From Candidatus Aminicenantales bacterium (lineage in GTDB: Bacteria > Acidobacteriota > Aminicenantia > Aminicenantales > UBA4085), in contig JBEKTZ010000004.1 in NCBI GenBank assembly GCA_049515535.1, positions 62,001 through 126,000 on the forward strand: DNA of 64,000 nt, in the 5' to 3' direction. The position numbers were made by a program, and so were the translations under genes. The notes beneath the pieces were generated by a model. It did not search any database, was not told where the DNA came from, and saw only the letters and a program-made list of their open reading frames with translations. How positions within the stretch are numbered: the first letter of the stretch is position 1; each line of letters starts with the position of its first letter. Positions 1 to 9,656 of the stretch are shown piece by piece.

Positions 1-447
1 CGCCCCGATGCCGTAGATGCAGGAGACCGAGGCGACGATGATGACATCGCGCCGGGCGAAAAGCGAATTCGTCGCGTTGAGTCGCATCCGATCGATCTCG
101 TCGTTGATGGTCGCTTCCTTGGCGATGTAGGTATTCGAGGCCGGGATGTAGGCTTCGGGCTGATAGTAATCGTAATACGAGACGAAATATTCCACGGCGT
201 TTTGCGGAAAGAACCGGCGGAACTCCTGGTAGAGCTGGGCGGCCAGCGTCTTATTATGGGAAATGACAAGAACCGGCCGGCCCGCTTTCTCGATGAGGTT
301 GGCCATGGTGAAGGTCTTGCCCGAGCCGGTGACACCCATCAGCACCTGGTGGCGCTGCTCCTTTTCCAGCCCCGCGATCAGTTCTCGGATGGCCGCGGTT
401 TGGTCTCCTTTGGGAGTGAATTCGGAGTCGAGCCGGAACGCTTTCAT
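1..447 (-). CDS. uvrB: Excinuclease ABC subunit B, N-terminal part (runs off window start)
   Basis: Manual translation, not in ORF track: [16 protein letters not shown]...[13 protein letters not shown]...[13 protein letters not shown]...[14 protein letters not shown]. Alternative in-frame ATG at 459. Confidence 0.97.
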   Translation of the reverse strand, partial: MKAFRLDSEFTPKGDQTAAIRELIAGLEKEQRHQVLMGVTGSGKTFTMANLIEKAGRPVLVISHNKTLAAQLYQEFRRFFPQNAVEYFVSYYDYYQPEAYIPASNTYIAKEATINDEIDRMRLNATNSLFARRDVIIVASVSCIYGIGA

Positions 448-546
448 GGACGATCTCATGTCTTGTGGCGAACGATTCCGAATTCTTCGGTGACCCTTTC
501 CTTTGAGGGAATAAAGCCGGGGGTGAGGGCGGGATTTCTCCTCGGT

Positions 547-936
547 TTAAGGGCCGCTCTGTTCGATCTTGATGCTTCCTCGGAACTGCGCTCCATCCTG
601 GATGGTGACCTTGGCCGAGGCGATATTGCCCCGCATTTTAGCCTCGGACGAGAGAAAAACCTTTCCCGATGCCTGGATGCTGCCTTTCAGGCTTCCCATC
701 AGCGAAACGTTGCCGGCCAGAATGTCCGCTTCGACTTGCGCCGATTTATCGATAAAAAGGCTGCAATTTTTAAGCCGGATGATGCCTTTGAAGGTCCCCA
801 GGATGTGAAGGTCTTCCTCTGCGGAGATTTCCCCCTGGCAGACAAACGTGGGACCGAGCCTGGCGATCTTTTCAGGGACGGATTCCGGGCGAAGGCCGGC
901 CTCTTCCTGGTCGTTGGATTTCGACATGGGAAACAC
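547..936 (-). CDS. Bactofilin / polymer-forming cytoskeletal protein (CcmA family)
   Basis: 129 aa with repeated beta-helix pattern (GEISAEEDLHILGTFKGII...GSLKGSIQA...GNIASAKVTIQDGAQFRGSI). Confidence 0.88.
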   Translation of the reverse strand: MFPMSKSNDQEEAGLRPESVPEKIARLGPTFVCQGEISAEEDLHILGTFKGIIRLKNCSLFIDKSAQVEADILAGNVSLMGSLKGSIQASGKVFLSSEAKMRGNIASAKVTIQDGAQFRGSIKIEQSGP

Positions 937-961
937 CTTTCACGAGCGTCGCTCCGGGTCA

Positions 962-991
962 ATTATATGGAGGCGCATCGGGTCCTGTCAA
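962..991 (-). promoter_or_regulatory. Sigma70-type promoter for bactofilin (and possibly uvrB)
   Basis: Minus strand TTGACA (991-986), 18 bp spacer, TATAAT (967-962). Confidence 0.7.
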
Positions 992-1072
992 TGAAAGAAT
1001 GTGAGTTGACTTCTCCCGAAAGCCTGTGATATTTCTCATTCTGCGTTTTTCCGACCGGAAGGAGGCTTCGAC

Positions 1073-2734
1073 ATGCAGGTGATCGGTCTCCACGTCGTCG
1101 ATTGGATCATCATCCTTTTTTATTTTGCCTTCATCATCGCGATCGGCTTTTATTTAAAAAGATACACTAAAAGCGCGGAGGATTTTTTCCTTGCCGGCCG
1201 CAGGAATAGCTCATGGGTCGCGGGTTTAGCCTTTCTGTCGGCTAATCTTGGCGCGCTCGAGCTTCTCGGCATGACGGGCAACACGTTCAAATACGGCATG
1301 TACGTCGCCCATTTCTATTGGATCGGGGCCATTCCGGCCATGCTTTTTCTCGGCCTTTTCATGATGCCGTTCTACTACAGCAGCCGGATCAAGTCCGTGC
1401 CCGGCTATCTCAAGTTGCGCTTCGACGAGAAGACGCGCGTCTTCAACGGCATCTCGTTCGCCGTCATGACTCTTCTCGTCTCCGGGATCAACCTTTATGC
1501 CATGGCCCTGGTCTTTCGCCTGGCGCTCGGCTGGAACTGGGATGTGAGCATGTGGGCCTCGGCGCTCACCGTGGCCGTTTACGTCACGATGAGCGGGTTG
1601 ATGTCGGCGATTTTCACGGAAATCATCCAATTTTTCCTCATCTGGTTCGGCCTCTTCCTCGTCTCCATCATGGGCATCGTCGAGTTCGGAAGCCTGAGCG
1701 AAATCATGCGTCGCGTGCCCGCCGAATTTTCCAAATTGTGGTCGACGTCCGGAGATCCGACTCAGAACGGGATGCTCGTCTCATGGGGGGGAATCGTGCT
1801 CGGGCTCGGCTTCGTCCTGTCGTTCGGTTATTGGACGACGGATTTTCTCGTCGTCCAAAGGGCTTTTTCGGCGAAGAACCTGCGCTCGGCCCGGATGACG
1901 CCGATCATCGCCTCGTTCTTCAAAATGGCCGTTCCGTTCATCGTCATCATCGCCGGCCTGATCGCGCTCGTTCTTTCGAAAGACCCGAATTCGGGATTCG
2001 CATTAATCAAGGAAGGCGGCACGGTGAACTACGATTCCGCCCTCCCGATGCTCATCGCCCGGTATTTTCCCCGGGGCCTTGTCGGGCTGGGCATCACCGC
2101 CCTCCTGGCCGGTTTCATGGCCGGTCAAGCGGGCAACATCAGCGCCTTCAACACGGTTTGGACTTACGATATTTATCATTCGGTCATCAACAAGAAAGCC
2201 TCGCCTAAAAATCTCTTATGGATGGGGCGCATGGCGACCATCGTCGGGATCTTCATCAGCGTCGCCACGGCTTATCTGGCTAAAAGCAGCAAGACGATCA
2301 TGGACCATATGCAGGCCATCTTTTCCTTGATCAACGCCCCGCTGTTCGCGACGATGCTTTTGGGGATGTTCGTCAAGTGGATCACGCCGGACGGCGCGTT
2401 CTGGGGCCTCATCGCGGGCACCGGCTCCGCGGTCGTAATGTACCTGGCCGAAAAACTTCACTGGATCTCGCTCAATGCCCTGACGTTCTCCAAGGTCGCC
2501 AGCGACATGGCCGCCAATTTCTGGCGCGCCTGGTGGGCCTGGCTCATCTGCTTCATGGTCACCCTCGTCGTCAGCCTTTTTACCGCGAAGAGGCCCGAGG
2601 AGGAGCTCGTCGGCCTGGTCAAAGGCCTGACCAGGAAGGTCGAGGGAGAAGCCATACCGTGGTATAAGAGACCGGCTTTCTTCGCCATCCTGTCGCTGAT
2701 CGTTTTCGTCCTTTTGAACATCTATTTCTGGTGA
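1073..2734 (+). CDS. Sodium:solute symporter (SSS family), probably galactose/sugar
   Basis: 553 aa multi-TM protein; DFFLAGR, YLKLRF and QRAFSAK SSS motifs; GGAGG RBS; upstream of galK. Confidence 0.9.
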   Translation: MQVIGLHVVDWIIILFYFAFIIAIGFYLKRYTKSAEDFFLAGRRNSSWVAGLAFLSANLGALELLGMTGNTFKYGMYVAHFYWIGAIPAMLFLGLFMMPFYYSSRIKSVPGYLKLRFDEKTRVFNGISFAVMTLLVSGINLYAMALVFRLALGWNWDVSMWASALTVAVYVTMSGLMSAIFTEIIQFFLIWFGLFLVSIMGIVEFGSLSEIMRRVPAEFSKLWSTSGDPTQNGMLVSWGGIVLGLGFVLSFGYWTTDFLVVQRAFSAKNLRSARMTPIIASFFKMAVPFIVIIAGLIALVLSKDPNSGFALIKEGGTVNYDSALPMLIARYFPRGLVGLGITALLAGFMAGQAGNISAFNTVWTYDIYHSVINKKASPKNLLWMGRMATIVGIFISVATAYLAKSSKTIMDHMQAIFSLINAPLFATMLLGMFVKWITPDGAFWGLIAGTGSAVVMYLAEKLHWISLNALTFSKVASDMAANFWRAWWAWLICFMVTLVVSLFTAKRPEEELVGLVKGLTRKVEGEAIPWYKRPAFFAILSLIVFVLLNIYFW

Positions 2735-2749
2735 GGAGGGAAGAAAGTC

Positions 2750-2974
2750 ATGGCCGGAGACGTCAAAAAGATGAAGCCGATATGGTTTTTTGTCGGATTG
2801 GTCTTGCTCGTCATGGGCATCGTGGTCGCGGCCACGGGCGTCTATGATCTGATTGCGCGCGTCGATCCTAAAACCGTGCGGGCGGATCTCCATCCGAACA
2901 TATGGTGGGGCGGCCTCATGGTTCTGGTCGGCGCGATCTTCGTTCTGACGAATAGAAATGCCACAGTCGAATAA
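2750..2974 (+). CDS. Small 2-TM membrane protein, possible SSS accessory subunit
   Basis: 74 aa with two hydrophobic helices, GGAGG RBS, overlaps galK start. Confidence 0.7.
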   Translation: MAGDVKKMKPIWFFVGLVLLVMGIVVAATGVYDLIARVDPKTVRADLHPNIWWGGLMVLVGAIFVLTNRNATVE

Positions 2975-4154
2975 AGAAAACCTGCCGGACCAAGAGAGCG
3001 GGCCGGTTCGGAGGGTTTTGGATCTCCATAGGGCCCTCTATAAAGATGAACCCTTGCTCGTCCGGTCTCCAGGCCGGGTCAACCTCATCGGCGAACATAC
3101 GGACTACAACGAAGGCTTTGTCCTGCCGGCTGCCGTGGATAAAGCCGTTTACATCGCGATTTCCCGGAGAAAAGACGCCAAGGGATCGCTCTTTGCCGGC
3201 GATCTCGGCCAAAGCCACGAATTCGAATTCGACCGCATGGTCAAAAGCGATTTGGGCTGGCCGAATTATTTGATCGGCGTCGTCGACCAGTTGCGGAAAT
3301 CGGGCTGCGCCGTCGGCGGTTTCAACTGCGTCTTCGGCGGCGACATCCCCATCGGGTCAGGGATGTCTTCATCGGCGGCGATCGAAGCCGGCCTGGCCTT
3401 CGCCCTCGACAAGATCTTCGGGCTGGGATTGGATCCGCTGACGATCGTCAAACTCGCCCAAAAGGCCGAGAACGACTTCGTCGGCGTGCGTTGCGGCATC
3501 ATGGATCCGTTCATCAACATTTTCGGGCGGCCGAAATGCGTCCTCAAGCTCGATTGCCGGAGCCTGGCCTATCAATACGTTCCATTCGAGAGGACGGACT
3601 TGCGCGTCGTCCTGTGCGACACGCTCGTCAAGCGGGAACTGGCCTCCTCGGAATACAACGTCCGCCGGAGCCAGTGCGAGGCGGGCGTCAGGATCCTGGC
3701 CAAGGCCGATCCGTCGCTGAAAAGCCTCCGGGACGTGTCCCTGGAATTTCTGGAGGCGCATCGCCGGGACTTGGATCCGGTCATATATAAGAGATGCGAT
3801 TACGTCGTCCGAGAGAATCAACGGGTTGAGGAGGCTTGCGCCGACCTTGCCGAAGGCGGCTTCGCTTCTTTCGGCCGCCGCATGAACTCCTCCCATGACG
3901 GCCTCCGCGACGACTATCAAGTGAGCTGCGGTGAGCTCGATGCCCTCGTCGATGCCGCGCGCGCCGTTCCGGGCGTTCTTGGGGCGCGGATGATGGGCGC
4001 GGGATTCGGGGGCTGCGCGATCACCCTCGTCGCGGAAGATGCCGTCGGGGCTTTGCAGGAGAATGCGGCCCGGGCTTATAACGATCAATTCGGCAGGACG
4101 CCGAAATTTTATATCACCAGCCTGAGATCAGGCACGGACATCATCAGAAATTAA
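2958..4154 (+). CDS. galK: Galactokinase
   Basis: GRVNLIGEHTDYN, PIGSGMSSSAA and GARMMGAGFGG motifs. Confidence 0.95.
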   Translation: MPQSNKENLPDQESGPVRRVLDLHRALYKDEPLLVRSPGRVNLIGEHTDYNEGFVLPAAVDKAVYIAISRRKDAKGSLFAGDLGQSHEFEFDRMVKSDLGWPNYLIGVVDQLRKSGCAVGGFNCVFGGDIPIGSGMSSSAAIEAGLAFALDKIFGLGLDPLTIVKLAQKAENDFVGVRCGIMDPFINIFGRPKCVLKLDCRSLAYQYVPFERTDLRVVLCDTLVKRELASSEYNVRRSQCEAGVRILAKADPSLKSLRDVSLEFLEAHRRDLDPVIYKRCDYVVRENQRVEEACADLAEGGFASFGRRMNSSHDGLRDDYQVSCGELDALVDAARAVPGVLGARMMGAGFGGCAITLVAEDAVGALQENAARAYNDQFGRTPKFYITSLRSGTDIIRN

Positions 4155-4171
4155 GGAGAGGAGGAAACGTT

Positions 4172-7100
4172 TTGAAAGCACAAAAGAAGTCGTTTTTTTG
4201 CTTCCTGACGGCCTATTTTTGGATTCTGGGCGTTTCGCTCGCGAGCTATGCCCAGAGCCCGGTCACGACCGACGATTTAAATCAATTCACCTGGCGGTGG
4301 GTCGGCCCCGTGACGTTTTCGGGCCGGATCACCGAATTCGCCGTGCCCCGCGGCCAGAGTCAAGCCTATTATATTTTGACGGCCACGGGCGGCCTTTGGA
4401 AAACCGAGGATAGCGGCATTCATTTCGAGCCGCTCTTCGATAAATACGGCAACATGAGCATGGGCTACATGGCCATCGCCCCGTCCAACCAGAGCATCCT
4501 CTACCTGGGCACGGGCGAACCGATGCATGCCCGCTCGAGCTCCCACGGCAACGGCGTGTGGAAATCCACCGACGCCGGCAAAACATGGGCGAGGATCGGC
4601 CTGGAGAAAAGCTACTTCATCCCCAAGGTGGCGGTCGATTTCAAGAATCCGGATATCGTCTATGTCGCGGCCGAAGGCAAGCTCTATGACAACGAGATGG
4701 ACTGCGAACGCGGGCTTTACAAGAGCACGGACGGCGGCAAGACATGGGCGAACGTATTCCCGATGAAAGACCGGGGTGTCGCGGATTTCGCCGTCGATCC
4801 CCGCAATTCCGACGTCGTCATCGCGGCGGCCTACAAGACCTTCCGCCGGGCCTGGACGTATCTCGACCGGCAACCCGGCAACCAATTGTTTAAAACCACG
4901 GACGGCGGCAAGACCTGGAAGAAGCTGACGAGCGGTCTTCCGGTGGACGCCGAACTGGGCCGCACCGGCCTGGCCGTCTTCGAGAAGAATCCGAACATCG
5001 TCTACGCCCGCCTTGACGAGGAAGTCAACCTCGGCCTAATCGAGCGTGACGGCGTGGCGAATTACCGGGCGCCCGGCGGATTCGGCGGAGGCGGGGGCGG
5101 GGGCGCCGCGGCCGGACTGTTCGCTGAAGATTTCTCGTTCGCCAAGTTCAAGACCTACAAGATCAACTCCGAGATCGCCAAGCTGGCTCCCAAATTCGCG
5201 CCGATCGCGGCCGAGAACGAAGCCGACCTGGTGAAAAAAATCAATGAGATGATCCAGGACAAGGATTTTCTGATGAAGAGCGGCGCGGACGTGGCCAAGA
5301 TCAATGCCGCGGCGCGGAAGATTTACGCCAAGGACAAGGCAATCGTGGCCTCGATCGACGAGATCGAGAAGTTAATGAAGAAGGAAGCGCCGAAGCCGGA
5401 CTCCAGCGAGGCCAAAGGCCGGGCCCAGATCATCAACCGGCATGTTCTCGAGATCCTATATGCCAACGCTCTCAACATCCAGCAGCCTGTCAAAAGATCC
5501 GGGGTCATCTATCGCTCGGACGATCTTGGCGAGAGCTGGAAAAAGATGACGGAGTACGCTCAGAGCGGCGGAAGCGCGCAGGTCAATCAGACCGAGGGCG
5601 GCTATTACGGACGGATCGTCGTGGACCAATCCAACGATCAAATCGTCTACTGCACAGACACGAACGTCACATCGTCAACGGACAGCGGCAAGACCTTCAA
5701 AGCGACCGGATGGGACGCTGGAAACATGAAGACTCACGTCGATCACCGCGCCGTATGGGTGGATCCCCTCAACGCCAAGCATATCCTGAGCGGCAACGAC
5801 GGCGGCGTTTGCGAGACCTGGGACGGCGGACAGCACTGGAGCCAGAAGAACACCATCAGCGCCCAGCAGTTCTATGATGTCTCGGCCGACAACGAAGTGC
5901 CCTATAACGTCATGGGCGGGACCCAAGACAACGGCTGCTGGCTCGGTCCTTCTCAGAACCGGAACAGCTACGGCGTCTTCGCGGCCGACTGGACTTACCT
6001 GCCCACGGGTGATGGGTTCTACGCGGTCCGCGACTGGTGGAACTCCGAGTACGTATATTATGAAAGCCAATTCGGCGGATCGAGCCGGCAGAATTTGAAA
6101 ACCGGCGATACCATTTCGATAACCAAGCGGACCACCCCCGAGGAAGCCGCAGCCGGCGTGCCCGCGCAGCGGTACCAGTGGAATGCTCCCATCGTACTTT
6201 CTCCCCATAACCCGGGCATCGTCTATATCTGTTCGCAGTTCGTCCATCGCTCCTTGACCCGGGGCGAGCGGGGAACGTTCGTGACGATCAGCCCCGATCT
6301 GACGAAAGCCAATAAGGAGAGAATCGCGCTTTCCAAGAAAACAAACCTCCAATACGCGACGGTCTACACGTTCGCCGAATCGCCGAAAAAACCCGGACTC
6401 TACTGGGCCGGGACCGACGACGGCAACGTCCAGATGTCGCCGGACGGCGGAGTGACATGGACCAACATCACCAATCAATTTTACGACGCGGCCGGCAAGC
6501 CCAAGAAGGATGTCAAAGGCGCTCTCATACCGTATGACCGCTGGGTCAAAAGCGTCTGTCCGTCGGCCTTCGACGAGAAAACCTGCTACGTGGCTTTCAA
6601 CGGATACCGGACGCACAACGAAGACAAGACGTGGCTCTATGTGACCCGCGACCTTGGAAAAACCTGGGAAGACATTTCCGGGAACATGATGAACCCGGTC
6701 TACAAAGTCAAGGAAGACCCGGACAACGCGAACGTTCTCTACCTGGCCACGGATTACGGCGTCTACGTCACGATCGACCAGGGGAAGACCTGGTCGAGTC
6801 TCTCCAACACGGCTCCCAACGTCATTATCCGGGACATCGACATCCAGAAACGGGAGAGGGACCTGGTCATTGGAACCTTTGGCCGCGGCATCTACATCGC
6901 CAGCATCTTTCCGCTCAAGGAGTTCAAGGCCGAAAATTTCCAAAAGGACGCCTACCTCTTCGACATCAAGGATGTGACGCGCTGGAACGCTTTTGAAAGG
7001 AAAGGCGAGACCATAGGCGAAATGGCCAAGGTCAACAATCCGATTCCGGGCGCGACGATTTATTATTATTTGAAAACAGAGGCGAAGGCCGTCAAGCTGA

Positions 7101-7363
7101 CGATCAAAGACCTGGAGGGCAATCCCATCCAGGAAATCACGGGCGTCGGCAAAAAGGGTCTTCAGAAAGCCACATGGAACCTTTCCAAGACCGCGCCCCA
7201 GGGCCAACCACAGCCCGGAATGATGGGCGGAGGCGGCGGACGCGGCGGGCGCGGCGGCGGCAACCAAGCGGATAACGGCGTCTATAAGGTCACATTGACC
7301 GTGGACGGCAAAGATATCGCGACGAAGAAGGTTGCGCTCAGCCCCGACCCTCTGTTCAAATGA
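4172..7363 (+). CDS. Secreted VPS10/sortilin-like BNR (Asp-box) repeat beta-propeller protein
   Basis: Signal peptide; many S/T-x-D-x-G-x-T/S-W Asp-boxes; WRWVGP..SGRIT N-terminus; C-terminal Ig-like domain; TTG start with GAGG RBS. Confidence 0.85.
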   Translation: MKAQKKSFFCFLTAYFWILGVSLASYAQSPVTTDDLNQFTWRWVGPVTFSGRITEFAVPRGQSQAYYILTATGGLWKTEDSGIHFEPLFDKYGNMSMGYMAIAPSNQSILYLGTGEPMHARSSSHGNGVWKSTDAGKTWARIGLEKSYFIPKVAVDFKNPDIVYVAAEGKLYDNEMDCERGLYKSTDGGKTWANVFPMKDRGVADFAVDPRNSDVVIAAAYKTFRRAWTYLDRQPGNQLFKTTDGGKTWKKLTSGLPVDAELGRTGLAVFEKNPNIVYARLDEEVNLGLIERDGVANYRAPGGFGGGGGGGAAAGLFAEDFSFAKFKTYKINSEIAKLAPKFAPIAAENEADLVKKINEMIQDKDFLMKSGADVAKINAAARKIYAKDKAIVASIDEIEKLMKKEAPKPDSSEAKGRAQIINRHVLEILYANALNIQQPVKRSGVIYRSDDLGESWKKMTEYAQSGGSAQVNQTEGGYYGRIVVDQSNDQIVYCTDTNVTSSTDSGKTFKATGWDAGNMKTHVDHRAVWVDPLNAKHILSGNDGGVCETWDGGQHWSQKNTISAQQFYDVSADNEVPYNVMGGTQDNGCWLGPSQNRNSYGVFAADWTYLPTGDGFYAVRDWWNSEYVYYESQFGGSSRQNLKTGDTISITKRTTPEEAAAGVPAQRYQWNAPIVLSPHNPGIVYICSQFVHRSLTRGERGTFVTISPDLTKANKERIALSKKTNLQYATVYTFAESPKKPGLYWAGTDDGNVQMSPDGGVTWTNITNQFYDAAGKPKKDVKGALIPYDRWVKSVCPSAFDEKTCYVAFNGYRTHNEDKTWLYVTRDLGKTWEDISGNMMNPVYKVKEDPDNANVLYLATDYGVYVTIDQGKTWSSLSNTAPNVIIRDIDIQKRERDLVIGTFGRGIYIASIFPLKEFKAENFQKDAYLFDIKDVTRWNAFERKGETIGEMAKVNNPIPGATIYYYLKTEAKAVKLTIKDLEGNPIQEITGVGKKGLQKATWNLSKTAPQGQPQPGMMGGGGGRGGRGGGNQADNGVYKVTLTVDGKDIATKKVALSPDPLFK

Positions 7364-7524
7364 GTCGTTAAGAGGAAAAACCGGCGAGGGCTCTATCGCG
7401 GACATGTTCTTTACGTCCCTGCGGACGATCCGGCCGCTCGCAGGATTTTTGTGAGCGAAGCGCAGGAGAGTCCGCCCCGGTCGTTTTTCTCGAGATAGGA
7501 TTTTTTAAAAAGCGAGGAGGATCA

Positions 7525-9645
7525 GTGAATCAAAGAAACAAGCTCAGGCGACATTCGCGGACCGTTCTATTCATCCTGGCCGCCGTCTTGGGGCTTGGAG
7601 CGGCAGGGATGGCCCAGGATTTTTCGAAATATCACACCTATGCCGAGCTGACGACGATGCTCCAGAACATAACCAACGCCAACAAAAACCTGGTCAGGCT
7701 GACGTCGATCGGGAAAACGCTCGAGAAACGGGATATCTGGATGCTCGAGATCGCCAATCCCGCCGGCGTTCCGCTTGCGGAACGCCCCGCGCTTCTGATC
7801 GGGGCGAACTTCGAGGCCGATCATCTCATCGGAAGCGAGCTCGCGGTCTTCATCGCGGACTATCTCGTCAAGAATTACGCGTCGAACCCGAACGTCCGGC
7901 AGCGTCTCGATAACTCCGTTATTTATATCATGCCGCGCGTCAATCCCGACGGCGCCGAATTCATGTGGGCGCCTTTGAAGTGGGCGCGGCGGACGAACGT
8001 CAAGCCTTATGACGACGACAATGACGGCCGCCTGGACGAGGACGGTCCCCTGGACCTCAACAAAGACGGCTTCATCACCATCATGCGGGTCAAAGACCCC
8101 AACGGCGACTACATGATCGATCCGGAAGAGTCGCGGCTGATGAAGAAAGCCGATCCGAAAAAGGGGGAAAGGGGCGAATATGCCATATACAGGGAGGGCA
8201 TCGACCAGGACAAGGATGGCTTTATCGGCGAAGATGGACCGGGCGGCGTCAACATCAACCGGAATTTCATGCATGAGTACCCGTATTTCAAAGCCGAAGC
8301 GGGCCGTTACATGGTCAGTGAAATTGAAACCCGGTCGGTGCTCGAATGGATCGTGGCTCACCGCAACGTGGCCGCGATCCTGACGTTCGGCGAGAGCGAC
8401 AACCTGATCGTCGCTCCGAACAGCGGCGGCCGGCTGGGCGCGGCGAAACAGCTCGATCTCGTGGAATTCGCCAACGCCACGGTCGCCGGCGCGAATCGGG
8501 TCGGTATAATCACGGCCGGCGGATTGGGCCGAGGCTTCGGCGGTCGGGGAGGCGGCACAATGATGATCTCCGAAGAGATGCTTCAGGAGCTCATGGCCGC
8601 CGGCGGCGGCCAGTTCGTGATGGGCGGAGGGGGGGGCGGTGCGCGCGGAGGTCAGACCGCCGCGGCGCAGCAGCCGACCAGCGCAAGGGCGCAAATGCCG
8701 GCGCGGGCCGCCGCGACGACGATCAACTCGGCCGATATCGATTATTTCCGAATGATCAGCGCCAAATATATCGAATTGACGGGGATCCGGCAGCAGCCGC
8801 CCGTCGTTAAACCCGAAGGCGCGTTCTTTCAATACGGTTATTTCCAGTTCGGCGTGCCTTCATTCTCGACCCCCGGTTGGGGACTTCCGGAAGTTCCCCG
8901 CGGCCAGGGCTTGGGTGGAGGCATGCCCGGAGTGCCGGGCGGACAACAGCCTTCCGCGGGCGGCCAAGCGCAAGCCGCGCAGATGCAAGCCCAAATCGCG
9001 GCTGCGATGGGCCAGGGTCAGCGCGGAGGAACGGGCGGTGCCCGTGGCGGAGCGGCGAGCCAGGCGTTCGGCGGCGCCGCGGTCGGCGCCGGGGACTCCG
9101 AGGCGCAAGGCATCGATCGTCAATTCCTGCAATGGATGGACAGGGAAAAGATCGACGGTTTCGTTCCCTGGACGAAAGTGAAGCATCCGGACTTCGGGGA
9201 AGTCGAGGTCGGCGGCTTCAAGCCGTATGTCACAGTCAATCCTCCGGCGGCCAAGATCGCCGAGCTGGGCAAATCCCATGCGGAATTCGCGGTCTATTTA
9301 GCTTCGCTCTTCCCCCGGGTGAGCGTCGCTAAGCTCGAAGCGACGAACCACGGCGGCGGCATCTTCCGGATCAAGGCCGAAATCGAGAACGGCGGATTCC
9401 TTCCGACCGCCCTCGGACATGCCGTCACGGCCCGGGCCGTCAAGCCGACCATGGTTCAGCTCCAAGTCGCCCCGGAATCGATCATTTCCGGAAATCCAAA
9501 GACCAACAGCATTCAGACCATGGCCGGTTCCGGTGACCGGGTGAAGTTCGAATGGCTGATCAAAGCCAAGGCCGGCGACAACATCGAGCTCAAGGTCGTG
9601 TCCCAAAAAGGCGGCACGGACAAACGCTCGGTGGTGTTGAAGTGA
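7525..9645 (+). CDS. M14 zinc carboxypeptidase homolog, probably catalytically altered or inactive
   Basis: Signal peptide; NPDG and NRNF motifs retained; HxxE replaced by FEADH; Gly/Gln-rich insertions. Confidence 0.85.
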   Translation: MNQRNKLRRHSRTVLFILAAVLGLGAAGMAQDFSKYHTYAELTTMLQNITNANKNLVRLTSIGKTLEKRDIWMLEIANPAGVPLAERPALLIGANFEADHLIGSELAVFIADYLVKNYASNPNVRQRLDNSVIYIMPRVNPDGAEFMWAPLKWARRTNVKPYDDDNDGRLDEDGPLDLNKDGFITIMRVKDPNGDYMIDPEESRLMKKADPKKGERGEYAIYREGIDQDKDGFIGEDGPGGVNINRNFMHEYPYFKAEAGRYMVSEIETRSVLEWIVAHRNVAAILTFGESDNLIVAPNSGGRLGAAKQLDLVEFANATVAGANRVGIITAGGLGRGFGGRGGGTMMISEEMLQELMAAGGGQFVMGGGGGGARGGQTAAAQQPTSARAQMPARAAATTINSADIDYFRMISAKYIELTGIRQQPPVVKPEGAFFQYGYFQFGVPSFSTPGWGLPEVPRGQGLGGGMPGVPGGQQPSAGGQAQAAQMQAQIAAAMGQGQRGGTGGARGGAASQAFGGAAVGAGDSEAQGIDRQFLQWMDREKIDGFVPWTKVKHPDFGEVEVGGFKPYVTVNPPAAKIAELGKSHAEFAVYLASLFPRVSVAKLEATNHGGGIFRIKAEIENGGFLPTALGHAVTARAVKPTMVQLQVAPESIISGNPKTNSIQTMAGSGDRVKFEWLIKAKAGDNIELKVVSQKGGTDKRSVVLK

Positions 9646-9656
9646 GGAGGAGGAAT

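Noticed and set aside
202..1029. 275 aa plus-strand ORF
   Set aside because: Antisense shadow of uvrB and the bactofilin; no motifs.
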